DNA of 56,828 nt, counting the filler, from Bipalium vagum (lineage: Eukaryota), in NCBI GenBank assembly GCA_037834085.1. It is 3 parts of 3 records of this genome, joined end to end, with 100 filler letters (N's around TTAATTAATTAA, not from the genome) between each part and the next. Parts side by side here need not be neighbours in the genome. Positions count along the whole stretch, not along the records: positions 1 to 22,065 come from JBBMKC010225664.1; 2 more parts are not named here. One strand, written 5' to 3'. Under the pieces are notes generated by a model. That model ran no database searches, was not told the origin of the DNA, and saw only the letters and a program-made list of their open reading frames with translations. Numbering within the stretch: the stretch's first letter is position 1; each line of letters starts with the position of its first letter. The translations under genes and the position numbers were made by a program. Of this stretch, positions 1 to 13,200 are shown piece by piece.

Positions 1-74
<74 letters not shown>
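1..74. repeat. (TAT)n microsatellite
   Basis: Perfect tattat... run from the window start. Confidence 0.95.
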
Positions 75-75
<1 letters not shown>

Positions 76-439
76 GTCTTAATTATAATTTTTTTAATTA
101 TTGATATTTTAATGTTTAATTAGAAAATGATTTAATCCAATGATTCTTAACCTTTTAATTTGTGTTCCTCTCAACAGATGGTCTCTGATAAGAAATCCCC
201 ATTCATTACCTTTTCTTTTTTGAGTTTAAAAAATTAAAGTATACAAAGGTATCAAAAATTATAAAAAGGCGCATAGATAACGATGATCAAAAATTCAGTT
301 TATTGGGTCATTACTTAGAACTCTGTGGCTGATGATGCTTTTATATAGTCGTAATATTCGGGTAATGAAAGAAAGTAGCAACCGAAGATCTCTTTTTACG
401 ACGTCAAATTTATAGCATATTGGCCAGAAAATCTGCATC

Positions 440-1200
440 AACAAAAAATGCGCATTCCATTAGTTATGATAATGTGAAAGGCAGTAACATTTTTTCTGCA
501 TATGTGTGATTATTGGATAAACACGTTGCACTTTTTCATTCAGCCATATTGATTTTGATAATCTTGAGAAAAGAAACTTTCAAATCAGTAAATTCATTGA
601 GAGCATCTCTATCAGTAATTTACTAAAATTCACTCAAAAACAATTGAAACAACCAATATAAGAATTCTAGATTACATAAGTCTTTAAATCTTTTTTCAAA
701 GTTCCTTCAAATTTCCATTTAAAAATCCACCTAACTTCAATATGTTGTAATAACAGAGAAGCCTAGTGCTAATTTTCATTCTCATTGAAGTTTTTAAAGA
801 TTCTTTATAGCTTGCAGTTACTTTAGATTTGATTACGCACCACCAAAAACACATCATTTAGTTTTTCGGATATTTTTTGCTGTGTATCACACAATGAACT
901 GCAAGATTTCAGGACAATCTTTTTTTTAATAAAGATATGGATCTTCCAATCATAGATGGATCTCCGTTAACATCACAGGCAACAATTAACATCAATAGAA
1001 TATTCCACTTTGAAACTATCGTTTATATTTTCGCCTGAAGTTGTCATTTAAATGATGTTGCAAAATAATATCTCTTCTCTAAATTCACCCTTTTCAATAA
1101 ATTTTACATAATAAAAGAGACTCGCTGCCTCTTACTGTTATTTTATCCAACTGAACAAATCATAATTTACCACTTAATTCCAAATTCACCCATAATTCTG
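440..1200 (-). mobile_element. Decayed hAT (Buster/Charlie-like) transposase fossil
   Basis: Minus-strand fragments FVQLDKITVRGSESLLL, GEFREEILFC, ACDVNGDPSMIGR, LAVHCVIH and HIEVRW match the Buster motifs QLDEST, EELLF, ACATDGAPAM, HCVIH and HTEVRW; many stops and frameshifts. Confidence 0.75.
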
Positions 1201-1214
1201 CAGTTAACGTAATT

Positions 1215-4200
1215 TTACAACTTTGAATTTACTTTTCGTATAGATGGACGCACCTCTTAAGAAACACCGATTTAAACTTGATTTTAATATTATTTGAGTT
1301 TTTAAAAAGTTATCACAGTTGGAAAAAAATATCAGAAATATTTGAAATAAATAAAATACCTGTAATTTCCTCATCGTCATCGTCATCAAATAAACATGGA
1401 TTATTATCGAAAATTCCACTTGTTTCAATCAATGAGAAATGCTTTTTACTTTCATGTAAAGCCTTTGCATAATTTTTATTTGATTTACGGATTTTAATTT
1501 GAACATTATCAATTGGTCGTTGATCTGGTCCCGAGTGTTCACGAGACCTAGGTATTGGAATTTCCGATGATCGTTTTTCTAAACTACTGCTGTTATCTGT
1601 GAATTTATTCAGGTTTGCAAAAAATCAACGAAAACCCTATTTTACCTGAATTACTGCAATTCATATCTTGATACAAAACTGAATACGCAAATGGTGGATT
1701 ATCCTGATTACCTTCTATTGAATCCTTCTTCATTTTGAAATTAGTCTTGAAATTCTCATTTATATTTTGACATTCTTTTAGAAAATTGCCAAATGATTTC
1801 TTGAATATTGAATTTTGGGTGAAACTAATTTCAAATTCGAAATTGCCTTTGACTATATGATTATCAAGGGAAAATTAAGAAAAATATAAAATTATTATAA
1901 AATTAAAAACAGAAATGGTTGATAAGTGCAACTTTGATATTTGATTCATATATTTATAGAATAATAGAATAATCAATAGTTATCGAAATATTCGAAAATT
2001 ACTTTATTTTAACCTAGCATTGAATAATCGATTTTCCGATAATTGGAAGAATTTTTGAAAGAGAACACATTCTGTAGTTTTTAAAAAACACGCCTTACCT
2101 TTTAACTTTAAATTTTCGGTGGTAAGAAGTATAAAATAGATTATTTCATAAATATATTATTTTAGTTATACATAACTTAGGTAAAAGATAAAGCATAACA
2201 GAAGGCTAAAATTGTTTTTCTATTATCATAAATAGAAGCAAATGAATTGTTTTTTTAGCATCTAATCTTTTTGTTAAATTCTACCAATATTCATAAGCAA
2301 AATATAAACTAATGAAAAAAAAGCAATTTTTCAGACATACTTAATTTGATTTTTATCTTCTAAATATTTTTAAAAATTGAAAAATAATTGGTCAACCAAT
2401 TAGTCTGCATCAAATTTTCACTAGAAATTTTAAGTTAGTTGACACGTGACAGCTTTTTAAATTTTAGAATATACCATTAATCTTTAAAATTTAAATCCAG
2501 ATTTATTTTAGAACTAAGTTTTATTAAAAACTAACCACAATGTGTCTCATTAATCTGAAATACATAATTTTTTTTAGGAATTTGTCTTATTTTTTAATGA
2601 TTCAAATGCACCATGTATTTTTCAATCTTTCTCGCGTATTTTCATATTCGTGCTTTACTGTTGACCAATTTTGCTGTTCATTGTAGCCAACATAACTCTG
2701 CTTTCCAATGCAAATAAAATTTAATGCTTCTAATCAAAATTTAGATGTATCTAATTTTTTGTATGGCATTTGTCTATTGTTGGTCTATACAAATTAATTA
2801 GATTTTAAAAAGAAACACAAATTTCATATAACAAGAATAATGAAAAGTTGCATTTATCAAATGTAATAGAAAATTATGAATTCAATAAAAATGTCTTATT
2901 AAAATTAATAGACTTAATTTTTAAAAAAACGAAAATACTAAAAAAAATTTCAATGTTACGATATCACTGAATATATTTAATAAATAACTTTTTAAAGTTG
3001 AGATTGTTGGATCTATTAAAAATTCTTATATTAAGCAATATATGATTTTACATAAAATTATTTTATTTCGAAGATTTATTTTTATAAATTTTACTTAATT
3101 TGATATAAATTTTAATAATAAATCATCGTTTTGTAGAATTAAACAGCAGATTTGTTTAAAAATACAATGATAAAAATTCATAATTATCTTATATATATAC
3201 AAATATATCATTTTAAAATATTTTTTAAAATATTAAAAAATGATATTTTTTGTTTTTAGAATTAAAAGGTTTTTTAGTTTTATCCAATAATAATGTAGAT
3301 AATATTTTTAAATCATGATAGTGATATTATTTGAAGATAGACATCAAAGAAGAATAAAATTGATTGAAGAAGATCTGAAAGAAGAGATCAAAACATGTTT
3401 CAAGATAATAGTATAAATAAAATTTTGCGTGTTTAAAAATGTTAAATATATAAAAAAATATTAAAAATAAAAGATTAAAAAATATATAATATTTATTATA
3501 TATATAATATTATATTTAAAATATCTGAAAAAGATTTTTAAAATTTCAAGACAAGATTTAAAATAAATCGGAATATAGGTCTTAAATAAAGTAGTGCATG
3601 GAATTAGAATCAGTGATTGTCAAAGGTTAGACTTTCATTGAAAAATCTCAATGATATATTACACAATTTCAAATACTTAAGATACACTTTTGTTAATTGT
3701 AAAAAAATTATTTACAAATAAATAAAATTATTGATGACTCTAAAATAATTATACATCTAATATCTAAATTTTTTCTCATTAAGAAAAAATAAGATTTTGT
3801 GAAAAAGTCTCGGCAATAATTTGAACCATATTATTTGTCATATGTAATTGTAGTAAGATGCTTTTTATAGTAAAATAGAGTTTCTGATATTTTATAAATT
3901 TAAATGTTTTCTTCATCAATAAAATTCAGTACCTCTTAGTAAAACAACCGTAAAAATAACAAAAATTTAATTTTTTTCTGTTAAGTATTTGTAGATTATC
4001 AAATTGTAGACAATATCGTTCAAAATTAATTTTTAATATATTGATTCCATTTTTATTGACATTCTAAATTTTTCTTTCTAAAGTAAACTAAAGTAAAGTA
4101 AATATTCAATTTTTATAATAGGTCCTTTTTACAGAATTTTAAAAACTGTACCAAGTAGATAAAATTTAAGATCTTATACTTACACCGACACATTCTTTAT

Positions 4201-7200
4201 ATGAATTTAATTGCGGATCCAAAGACTAAGGATTCATTTCCGAAAGAAATTTTTTTCATGATTCAAAAATCAAAATCTCAACTCGAATGATGAACAAAGA
4301 ACAGGGAGACAATATATATTTAATGAATAGTATTTAGTAATATTTATTAAGAATGATTCGAAACAAATGACACAAGAATTTACCAAGATGATAGAATAGT
4401 ATCCTCAGACTGTGCTGAATCTAAAACATTATTTGAGTCAATCCAAAAAGGATAAACGAATAAAGTGTGTGCTTCATTTCTTACTCGACATATCTTAGAT
4501 ATTTAACAGCATCGTCCATTTCTGAGATTTATCATCACTGGCGATGAAAAATGTTGTTTATTTGTCAATATTAAAAAAAGAAAGGAATGGATTCATTCAT
4601 GCCCTTAAGATTTTTTTATACCTGTGGTGGAATGTGGATGCGTTTGTTTATTTTGAGGTTTTCGAAAGAAACAAAACAAATAATGCTCAATTAAATGTTG
4701 AAGAAGTGAAACGGATGAATTTTGAAGAAAATAGCCAAATAGTCGAAAAGATGTCATTCCTAAGCAAGACCTCATACGGCAAACTTAATGAAATGTGCAC
4801 TTCAAGATACTGCATGGAGGTCCTTCAGCATCCGGTGTAATAATCAGACCTTGCTCTGTCAGATTTTTATCTATTCCTCTTTTTGCAGAATTCTTTAAAG
4901 GTTATTTCATTCAATAATGAAGATGAGATCAAGATAGTTAAAAAATGGTTTACCTCTAAGCCAGCAAAATTTTACAAACAAAAATTTTGGAAGGAAGCTA
5001 TAATAATGAAGAAATTAAATATTTTTGAAATTATTGTTATTTTTTAAAATGAATGTTCAAACGTATATACAAAATGACACGATTTTATTTGAAAACCAAA
5101 TAAAACGCTTTTTTTGGAAAATTGATTTAAAAACTATATTTTAACAAAATTAATGTTTCAGTTAAGTGCAAAAACTTTTTTGGTCCAAAATATTTGTGTT
5201 TAAAATAAAAGCGAAAAAAGCTTAAGAGATCAAATTACATCCAGATTTTTTAATATTTTATAAATCTAAAACTCAATAATCAAGTCAAATACTTCACTCT
5301 TTTACTTCTTATGTTCTTTATTTATTGTTATGATAATAATAAAAAAAAACCTTAATTCTAATTATCTTTTTTTATCATAGCAATATGTACCAGATTTACA
5401 TATTAATTAAATAAGTAGTGAAATGTGATATAAACTTGTTTTCATTAATTAAGGTTCTTATTAAAAAAAATTTGTAAAAGAATTTGAAACTTTAATCAAT
5501 TTTCAAAACTTGGTGCATCAATGAACATCCAATTTAATATTTAAAATTAAACATAACGTAAAAGCTATATAGTTTTTTTTTGTAAATTCTGTAATAACTT
5601 TAAAATAGAAATAAGAAGTAATGTTCAATATTAATTTTATGAATTTTAAATTTAAAAACAAAGATAAATGTCATTCTTTAAAGAATACATTTTAGAAAAA
5701 ATGTATTTTGAGCGTTACAAAGCTATAAAAAATTATGCCATACAAATTATTGTGAAAATATTTTATTTTGTGACCGAAACAGAAAAATTTGTTCTATAAC
5801 TTAATCAAAGAAAGTGTTGGAATTAAGAGAAAATATTTTCCATTTAATTATAATGATTTTAAAATTTATTCGCTGAGAATTACAAAATGTCTTCACTAAA
5901 AGTTTAAATACCAGTCAGATAAAGATATATGACATATCTTAAAATATCTCATTAAAGAAAATAAATGGAATGGGAGAAATATTCAAACTGGTCTGGTAAA
6001 ATATTCATAAACATATACATTAATGCCATTAAAAATATCAATGGCAGAAAAATTTAACTGTCAGAGTATTGCACTTTCTTCTGCCCATCACATGATAGTA
6101 GTGTGCTGATGTTCAGATTACTCTATGAATGGTGGTATTGTGATTAAGCATTGTGGTGGATCTATTTCCATAATTTCAGAATTTTTTAATAATCACTAAC
6201 TATAGACTTAAATACCAACATTCATTATTGCTCTAATTATATGTAATTACAAATACATAATAATAAATTTCATATGATTTAAAACGAAATCAAATTGAAA
6301 TTGTTTTTCAACAGCTTAAAGCAAAATAATTTTAAAATTAAATTCAATTTGGAATATTAATAAAAATAACTGATAATACGTGTAATTTCATTTTTTTTAA
6401 CTATATAAAGTTTTTATCAAGAAAAAAAACAATAATAATAATAATAAAACAATCATTAATAACTTAACTAAAATTTTCTTTCTTTTTAGCTTTATCTAAC
6501 CGAGTTCTCATATGTCGAAAAATCGAATTATTTGATCTACATGATTATTTCCCTGGGTTCAAAATTTCAATTGCTCTTCCAACTTGACTTGATACGTTAT
6601 CATAAAAGTTTAAATTTCGATATAATATTTGCAAAAAATTGCTCAATCGAATTTAATTGAAGAGTATGGTACTAAATATTGTTTTCGGATTAGGAATCTT
6701 TAATGTCAGCTGAGTTGTGGAATTATCCATAAGAAGTACATGGTCAGGATGTTGTAGGAAATATAGCACGAAATGTTCTTTGATGATTTTTTAAAACCTC
6801 TGAAAGCAGTATTTAGTATTTTATAAGCACTTATTCATTGATAATAAATCACAATTATTTTTGACTTTTTTATTTGCAGGAGTATATTCATAATACCATT
6901 TAGAGACGCTTGTTAATCATTTTTCGTCTAAGTAACCTTATTTTTCATTTGTTTAACACTATATAATATATGTGGTCCAATCTACTCTTTCTTTCATATG
7001 TTATGTTGTATTTCTTTCAGTAGGAATTAAAGTTAAACATTTTCTTATACAATTTAATTTTTAAAATTTCGGTATACTGTAGACTTACTTTTCAATTTTT
7101 GGTGTACATCACTAATAAAATTTTGCGTTTCAATTTCCGTACATAAATAGTTTCCACCTATTAAAATTATTAATTGTAATTTCAACATTGTCAATTGCTT

Positions 7201-10200
7201 CATATTTTATTAGTTCTTTTAAACTTATCAAGTGAAACAGTTTTTCAATTAACTTGATTAGATTACTAAGCGTATTTTTATTAAAAGCTTTGGCAAATTC
7301 TTTAATTGAGAAATATCCTATTCCGAACATACTACAAAATATGTCTTAAATACACATTGTAATAGTGCTTCATTGTTTACTTTTCAAATACTGAAATTTA
7401 AATTCACTGATTTCATTATGAAATCATGCAAATATAAAAATGAAATTCTCTATAAATTAGAAATGAAAAGTATAGAAAGGATTCAAAATTCAAAAATGAA
7501 TTAAAAATTATACACTATAGTACACAACTTTTGTAGAATATTAAACAAGTATCATTTTATTATACTAGACATTGAAAAAAAAATTTTATATAATCATAAT
7601 ATTTTAATAAAATTTTTAATGATAATAAATATCGATTTTTTGTAGAAATAATAGAAAAATGACTAAAATTATGAAGTTAAAAATTCACTCAATTTTTTGT
7701 TATTGAAATAAGAATTTTAATTATTCAGTTTTACGAAATAGAAAAATCTTCATATGTTACAATCGAACTTTTAAAAATTTTCTCTAGTAATTTTCTCATA
7801 GATCTGAATTCATCTTTTGATTTTCAACAATTTTTATAAATGTTGCCTAATTTTTAAATATCTGTAAACAAGAGTTTTTCTGTGTTACTTAAAATACATA
7901 CATCCTGGAAAACAATTTAATTAAAATGAGAGATCATAAACTGCAAAACCATATTTCAATTAAATTTATTTGTTAAAACTATTTAACACAATATAAAAGA
8001 ATTTTAATAAATATTGATATTTTTTTTACTTCAAAATCTAATCTAAAATATTAAATCATTAAAAATAAAGTGATTGAAATTAGTTAACGTGATACGTGGC
8101 AGTTATAATCAAACTTTTGAACAAAGAATCATATTTCATCAAGTTAAAAAATAAAAATTTTTAAAGATTTTAAGAAAGTAAAAAAATCAATCAAAATACT
8201 TATAATATTGTTTTCTAAAGTAAAATTAAATCAATAAAAAATGATTTTCATTATATTAAAATTAAGATTGATAAGCAATAAAATTCTTAATTGCAAAATA
8301 TAGAAAAAATAATTAATCAGTTCTGAATTATGATTTTTTAAAGTTTTATTATTTAATTTTATTTTATCAATATTTTAAATAAAGGAAAATCACAGTAAAA
8401 AGTTACCCTTTTTAAATATTTAAATAAAAAAATAATTACTTTTTTGTAGTTTTCCATTGGATTTAATCACCAATTCTTTAACTTTATCACAATCTGTATT
8501 AAAAATATCGATTGAAGTAATGCTTTCTATGGGCCATTCACAAATGAATTTATTACCATCGGCTGGCTCGCCGATTAAGCAGAGTCTCATGGGCTGAACA
8601 TGCAGGTTTCCTTGAATCCCCGAGGTTAGCTTATTAAAAATACTACTTGTTTCTGAAACCTTTTTCAGGGTAACGTGAAAATTTGAACCTACACAAAAAT
8701 TCACTTTTAATATCGTGATAAAAAATATATCAGTGTTACTTTTATATTTTCAAAACTGTCAATTTTATAAGTATTATTCGATCTAAATTTGCACCCTTTT
8801 CGTCATAGGCTATTTTATCATGTGAATTACAGGAAATTGAAATTGAATTTTTAAAAATTTATTAATATAATCAAATCCTTAGAATAAATAATTATAAGAA
8901 ATTATATCAATATTATGTGTCTATTCTAATTAAAAGATGTCACACAAAATTTAAAATAATGTTATTTCTTGGAAGTGAAAATGCCATTCATGTCAAAAAT
9001 GTCTCCTTTTTGAGGATCTGAGACAATTTCTGAGAAAATTGTGCGAGAATGGTTGTGCAGGAATTCGCTAAGGAAACTTTGAGTTGAAAATGCATCTCTT
9101 TCTGTTTGACCATTTGCAAATAAAGACAACGAAATCATTAAATAATCAAGACCGTCACATACGCAGTTATGACATGCTAAGGATCAAAGTGTTTGTCAAA
9201 AATTGTTAAATAATCTTAAAAACTTTGGTAAGAAAAAAACCTTAATATTTAGATGCCTCATAATTTATCTGAAAACAATTTAAGCACAAAAATTTCTATT
9301 TGTGAATATTTATTAAGAAATGAAGTTGAAAAATTTCTTAAAAATATAACCGAAGATGAAAAGTGAATCATATATGATAATCACGTGAGAAAAGGTCAGG
9401 ATCCAAAAAGGATGAAGCTCCACAAAAGATTCCAAAGCAAATATTACATACTAAAAGATAATGTTGTATGTTTTCTAGGATTTGATAGGAACCGTAAATT
9501 CTTTGCTTCTGATCAAACGATTGATTTTATATTTGGTTTTCAGTAACATGAAAGATAAATTAAGCAGAAAAAATAAGTGAACTTGAATTACTTCACAAAA
9601 AGGTTTTGTGTTCCATCACGACACAACCCGAAGGAGCCTAGTAATAAGAAATATGAATAGTAGTATTAGAATAGGTAATTTGAAAAATTACATGAAATAT
9701 TACTAAATATTCTACAGCAGAAAATCAAAATTATTAAAGTATATAAAATAAGAGTAATAACATTTCAAAATTACCAATTTTTAGAAGATTTGTAATTTAG
9801 AAGGTATACAATAGATATTTTTATCAAAAATATTGATTTTTATGATTTTTTTATCATTTCAATCTTTACTGCATTCATAAAACATAAGTGCTTTTTATTA
9901 TTTTAAGTAATTTCTCTTCATAGCGTGCACCTAATACACACTATTTTATGACACGAGTTTTGTTATTTTAAGGAATATTTCATGAATTACAATATTTATA
10001 ATATAAACGATTTTTGCAGTTACATGATATAACATTAAAATATTATTTAATCTAATTTTCTTCAAGATGGAAAGCTTAATCTTTCCTTAACAGGTTTTTT
10101 TTCATTTTAGATTTTTTTATTCCATACATAATTAGATAATCTTCCACTTGGAAACTATAATCATGTTTAATTATTTATTTGTTTTACTAAATGACTGGAT

Positions 10201-13200
10201 GGGAATATTAATTGGACAATTATACCTTTTTTAAAATAATTTATTTTTCCACAAAATAAGAAACTTCAATAAATCAAATATTGATTTACGTTATACCAAT
10301 TTTATATTTTTAGAAAAATATTACGAAATTTAATTATCTTATTTTGGAAATTTATTATTAATAAATTAATTAATGAAAAGTATAAAAAATAAGTTAATTG
10401 ATCTTTATGAAATGGTTTACTGAAATTAATAAATTGTTTTGCAAACTTATAAAAAGTTATTGATTATTCGTTTTAATAGAAAAGAAAATAGTTATAAAAA
10501 TATAAACACTAAATTGATTTTATTAAAATTCGAAAAAAAAATCAAGTGTTTAAAAAACAATAACCTTACTTTTGAAATATTTAGTTAATGTCTCTGCCCA
10601 CCTGAACATAGTCTCATTTTGAGAAAATGCAATGCAGTAGACAACATTCTGACCAATTAATGCCATAACAGAACCTTCTTTGTCAATGTGTCTTCCATAT
10701 TCAAAACCCGTTATTTCATCGATCAGATATTGTCTTGATAATTTATCATCCATCATTTGGTATGAGACGCATGCTCCAAATTGCTTGGTAATATACATAA
10801 CTATGTTCCCTGAACCTATTCATCATACATTGACGGAAATAATCGAAATATAGCAAATTTTTATGAATTTTATTGTGATTTTTTATTAATAATCCTAAAT
10901 AACCTATGATTCTTTGCCCTTATATGATTACAAAAAATTCTAAAATTTTAAAGTAGAAAAATTAATTTACTCAAAAAATTCTAATAATTATTTCGATTAA
11001 TGATCAATTTAAAGTTTATTATTAATTTAAAAATAACTTTTAAGAAAAATATTTTTTGACCTAGAACTAGTATATGGAGTACTCGAGCATTTTATTTCTT
11101 TTTTTCTTTTTGGCAATCTGTGAAAGTAAATTGCTAATTGAGTGTAAATAAATAATAAAAAAAGTCAAAGTGGAGAGAAAATAAAATAAAATATAATTAA
11201 TAAGTAATTAATAGTAATAATTTTGACTCTTCTTAGACGAGTTAAATACTTTATATAAACTTTTCTAGATTTTTAAGGTTTTAATTTAATCTTATCTCCT
11301 CTTTTGATTCAGAAATATCAAACTAAATAAAAATTTTTTATTAAATTCATTTTGATTTTATACCTTTAAAGTCGGTCATAAAAATCTGTTTGAATATGTT
11401 GAAATCATATATTAAAAGGCATAAAAAATTAGTTAACTGATTCATTATTATCTGTAAAAAGTATTTAAGAAATCCAATTCTTTATAATTCAATAAATAAC
11501 TTTATAATTTAAATTAACTCAAAACAAGTCTAAGAATATTATATCGATAAAATATCAAAAAATCGTCTATGTCAAGGTTATAAAAAGTAATATTTAATGA
11601 CCAAACAAGATTTCTCTTCAAAATTATTGATTTTAAAATGTCAGTTTTTATATTTAAGCTAAGTAAGTAATTCTAAATTTATCAAATTTTAAGACTCAGC
11701 GCAATATAATTTAAGATTTCCTTTTGTTTAAAAAACATTTTTATCATAAAGTATAAAGAAGATAACTCTTACAATATTATATTAAATAAATTAAAAACTA
11801 TTACTTTATTAATTTTTAAAATTTTATTTTCTTAATTTAACTTATTTGAAAAATTATTCGAATAATAAAGCCATAATTTTATAAATAATTTTAATATTAC
11901 GTCAAAATTAATTAATCTTTATTCAATATAATATTTTGAAAATAAAGTATAACAAATCAATTTAATTTTAAAATTAACACTATTAATTATGTAAAGATAC
12001 TAAATTGAAATAGATAATTGAAAGGACATAATTTTTCATAAAAGATTTAAAATAATAAAATTTTTATTTAAAAATATCTTGTTTATTTATATTGATTTCT
12101 TATTATTGCAATTATTAAGAGATTATCATTATAATTTATACTATTTTCTCAAAAACAAAAATCATTATTTTTGATAATTTTTTTAATATATTTTCGCTTT
12201 AAGGAAATAACTTAGAGAATCTTTCTAATTTTGATAAAAAAAATTATTGAATGAATAGAAAAAGAACAAGAGTTATAAATAAATAAAAACTTAATTAGAA
12301 ATTTAATTATAATTGAATTAACTTTGAAATAAATCGATTAATGTAATATTGTACACTTAACTATTAACTTCCGAATGATGAATATAATATATAAAGAAAA
12401 AAATATTAAGTCCACAAAATCTCGATTATTATTAAAATAAATTTCTTAATCCCATCATAAGTATTAATATTAAAATTATATAGATTAAATTATTTATAAA
12501 AATGTTATCAGATCTTCTTTCATTCTAAATGAGTTTACATTTCAAGAATTTCTAGAAATATTTTCTGAATATAAATCCTCAAGACTTTGAAGTTGATTTT
12601 TTAAAAAAAAATTAATCAGCATTTAAATATTTCTCATATTTAAAAATAAGTCAAAGTGGAGAGAAAATAAAATAAAATGGGACAAAGATATGAAGAAACA
12701 AGTAAATAACTAATTAACTATTATAAATGACAAAGTGTAAAAACCTCACATAAATACAGTAGAATACTTAACAGTAAAAAATAACAGTAATGTAATCCCA
12801 TAATTGGTTCAGGCAGTCAATAATTCACATTTGGTCATTTTTGACAACTTTACACTATTATAATAACTATTTATATCTTTGCTTCTAATCTTAATCACAT
12901 GATTACATAAACAAGGTGAAAATGAAAACAATTTTCAAAATAGACTAATCTCGGATTTAGGAAATCACCTGAGAATGAAGAACACTGAAAAGATAATAAC
13001 ATTTATTTACTATCTATTGTGAGTTATACTGTTCCTTTTCAACTTTCAATTAATAATCTTTAACTTAAGTATCAGCTTATTTTACAATAATAATTATGAT
13101 CTTGGAGATCTTACGTTATATGTAAATATTTTCAAACTTTCTTTCCAAAAACATTCAACGTAGATTGAAATAAAAAATAGTTTAAAGATGGGAAAATATT

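Noticed and set aside
7158-7186. 29-nt ultra-short intron
   Set aside because: It puts the next exon in a frame ending in TGA; the 67-nt intron (7224->7158) keeps the frame open.
7770-7905. Extra DOK7 exon suggested by strong acceptor-like sites
   Set aside because: All three frames after TTTACAG hit stops within a few codons.
11162-12678. About 30-bp duplicate AAGTCAAAGTGGAGAGAAAATAAAATAAAAT at about 11162 and 12648
   Set aside because: Real but short; most likely fragments of a dispersed repeat with no interpretable structure.
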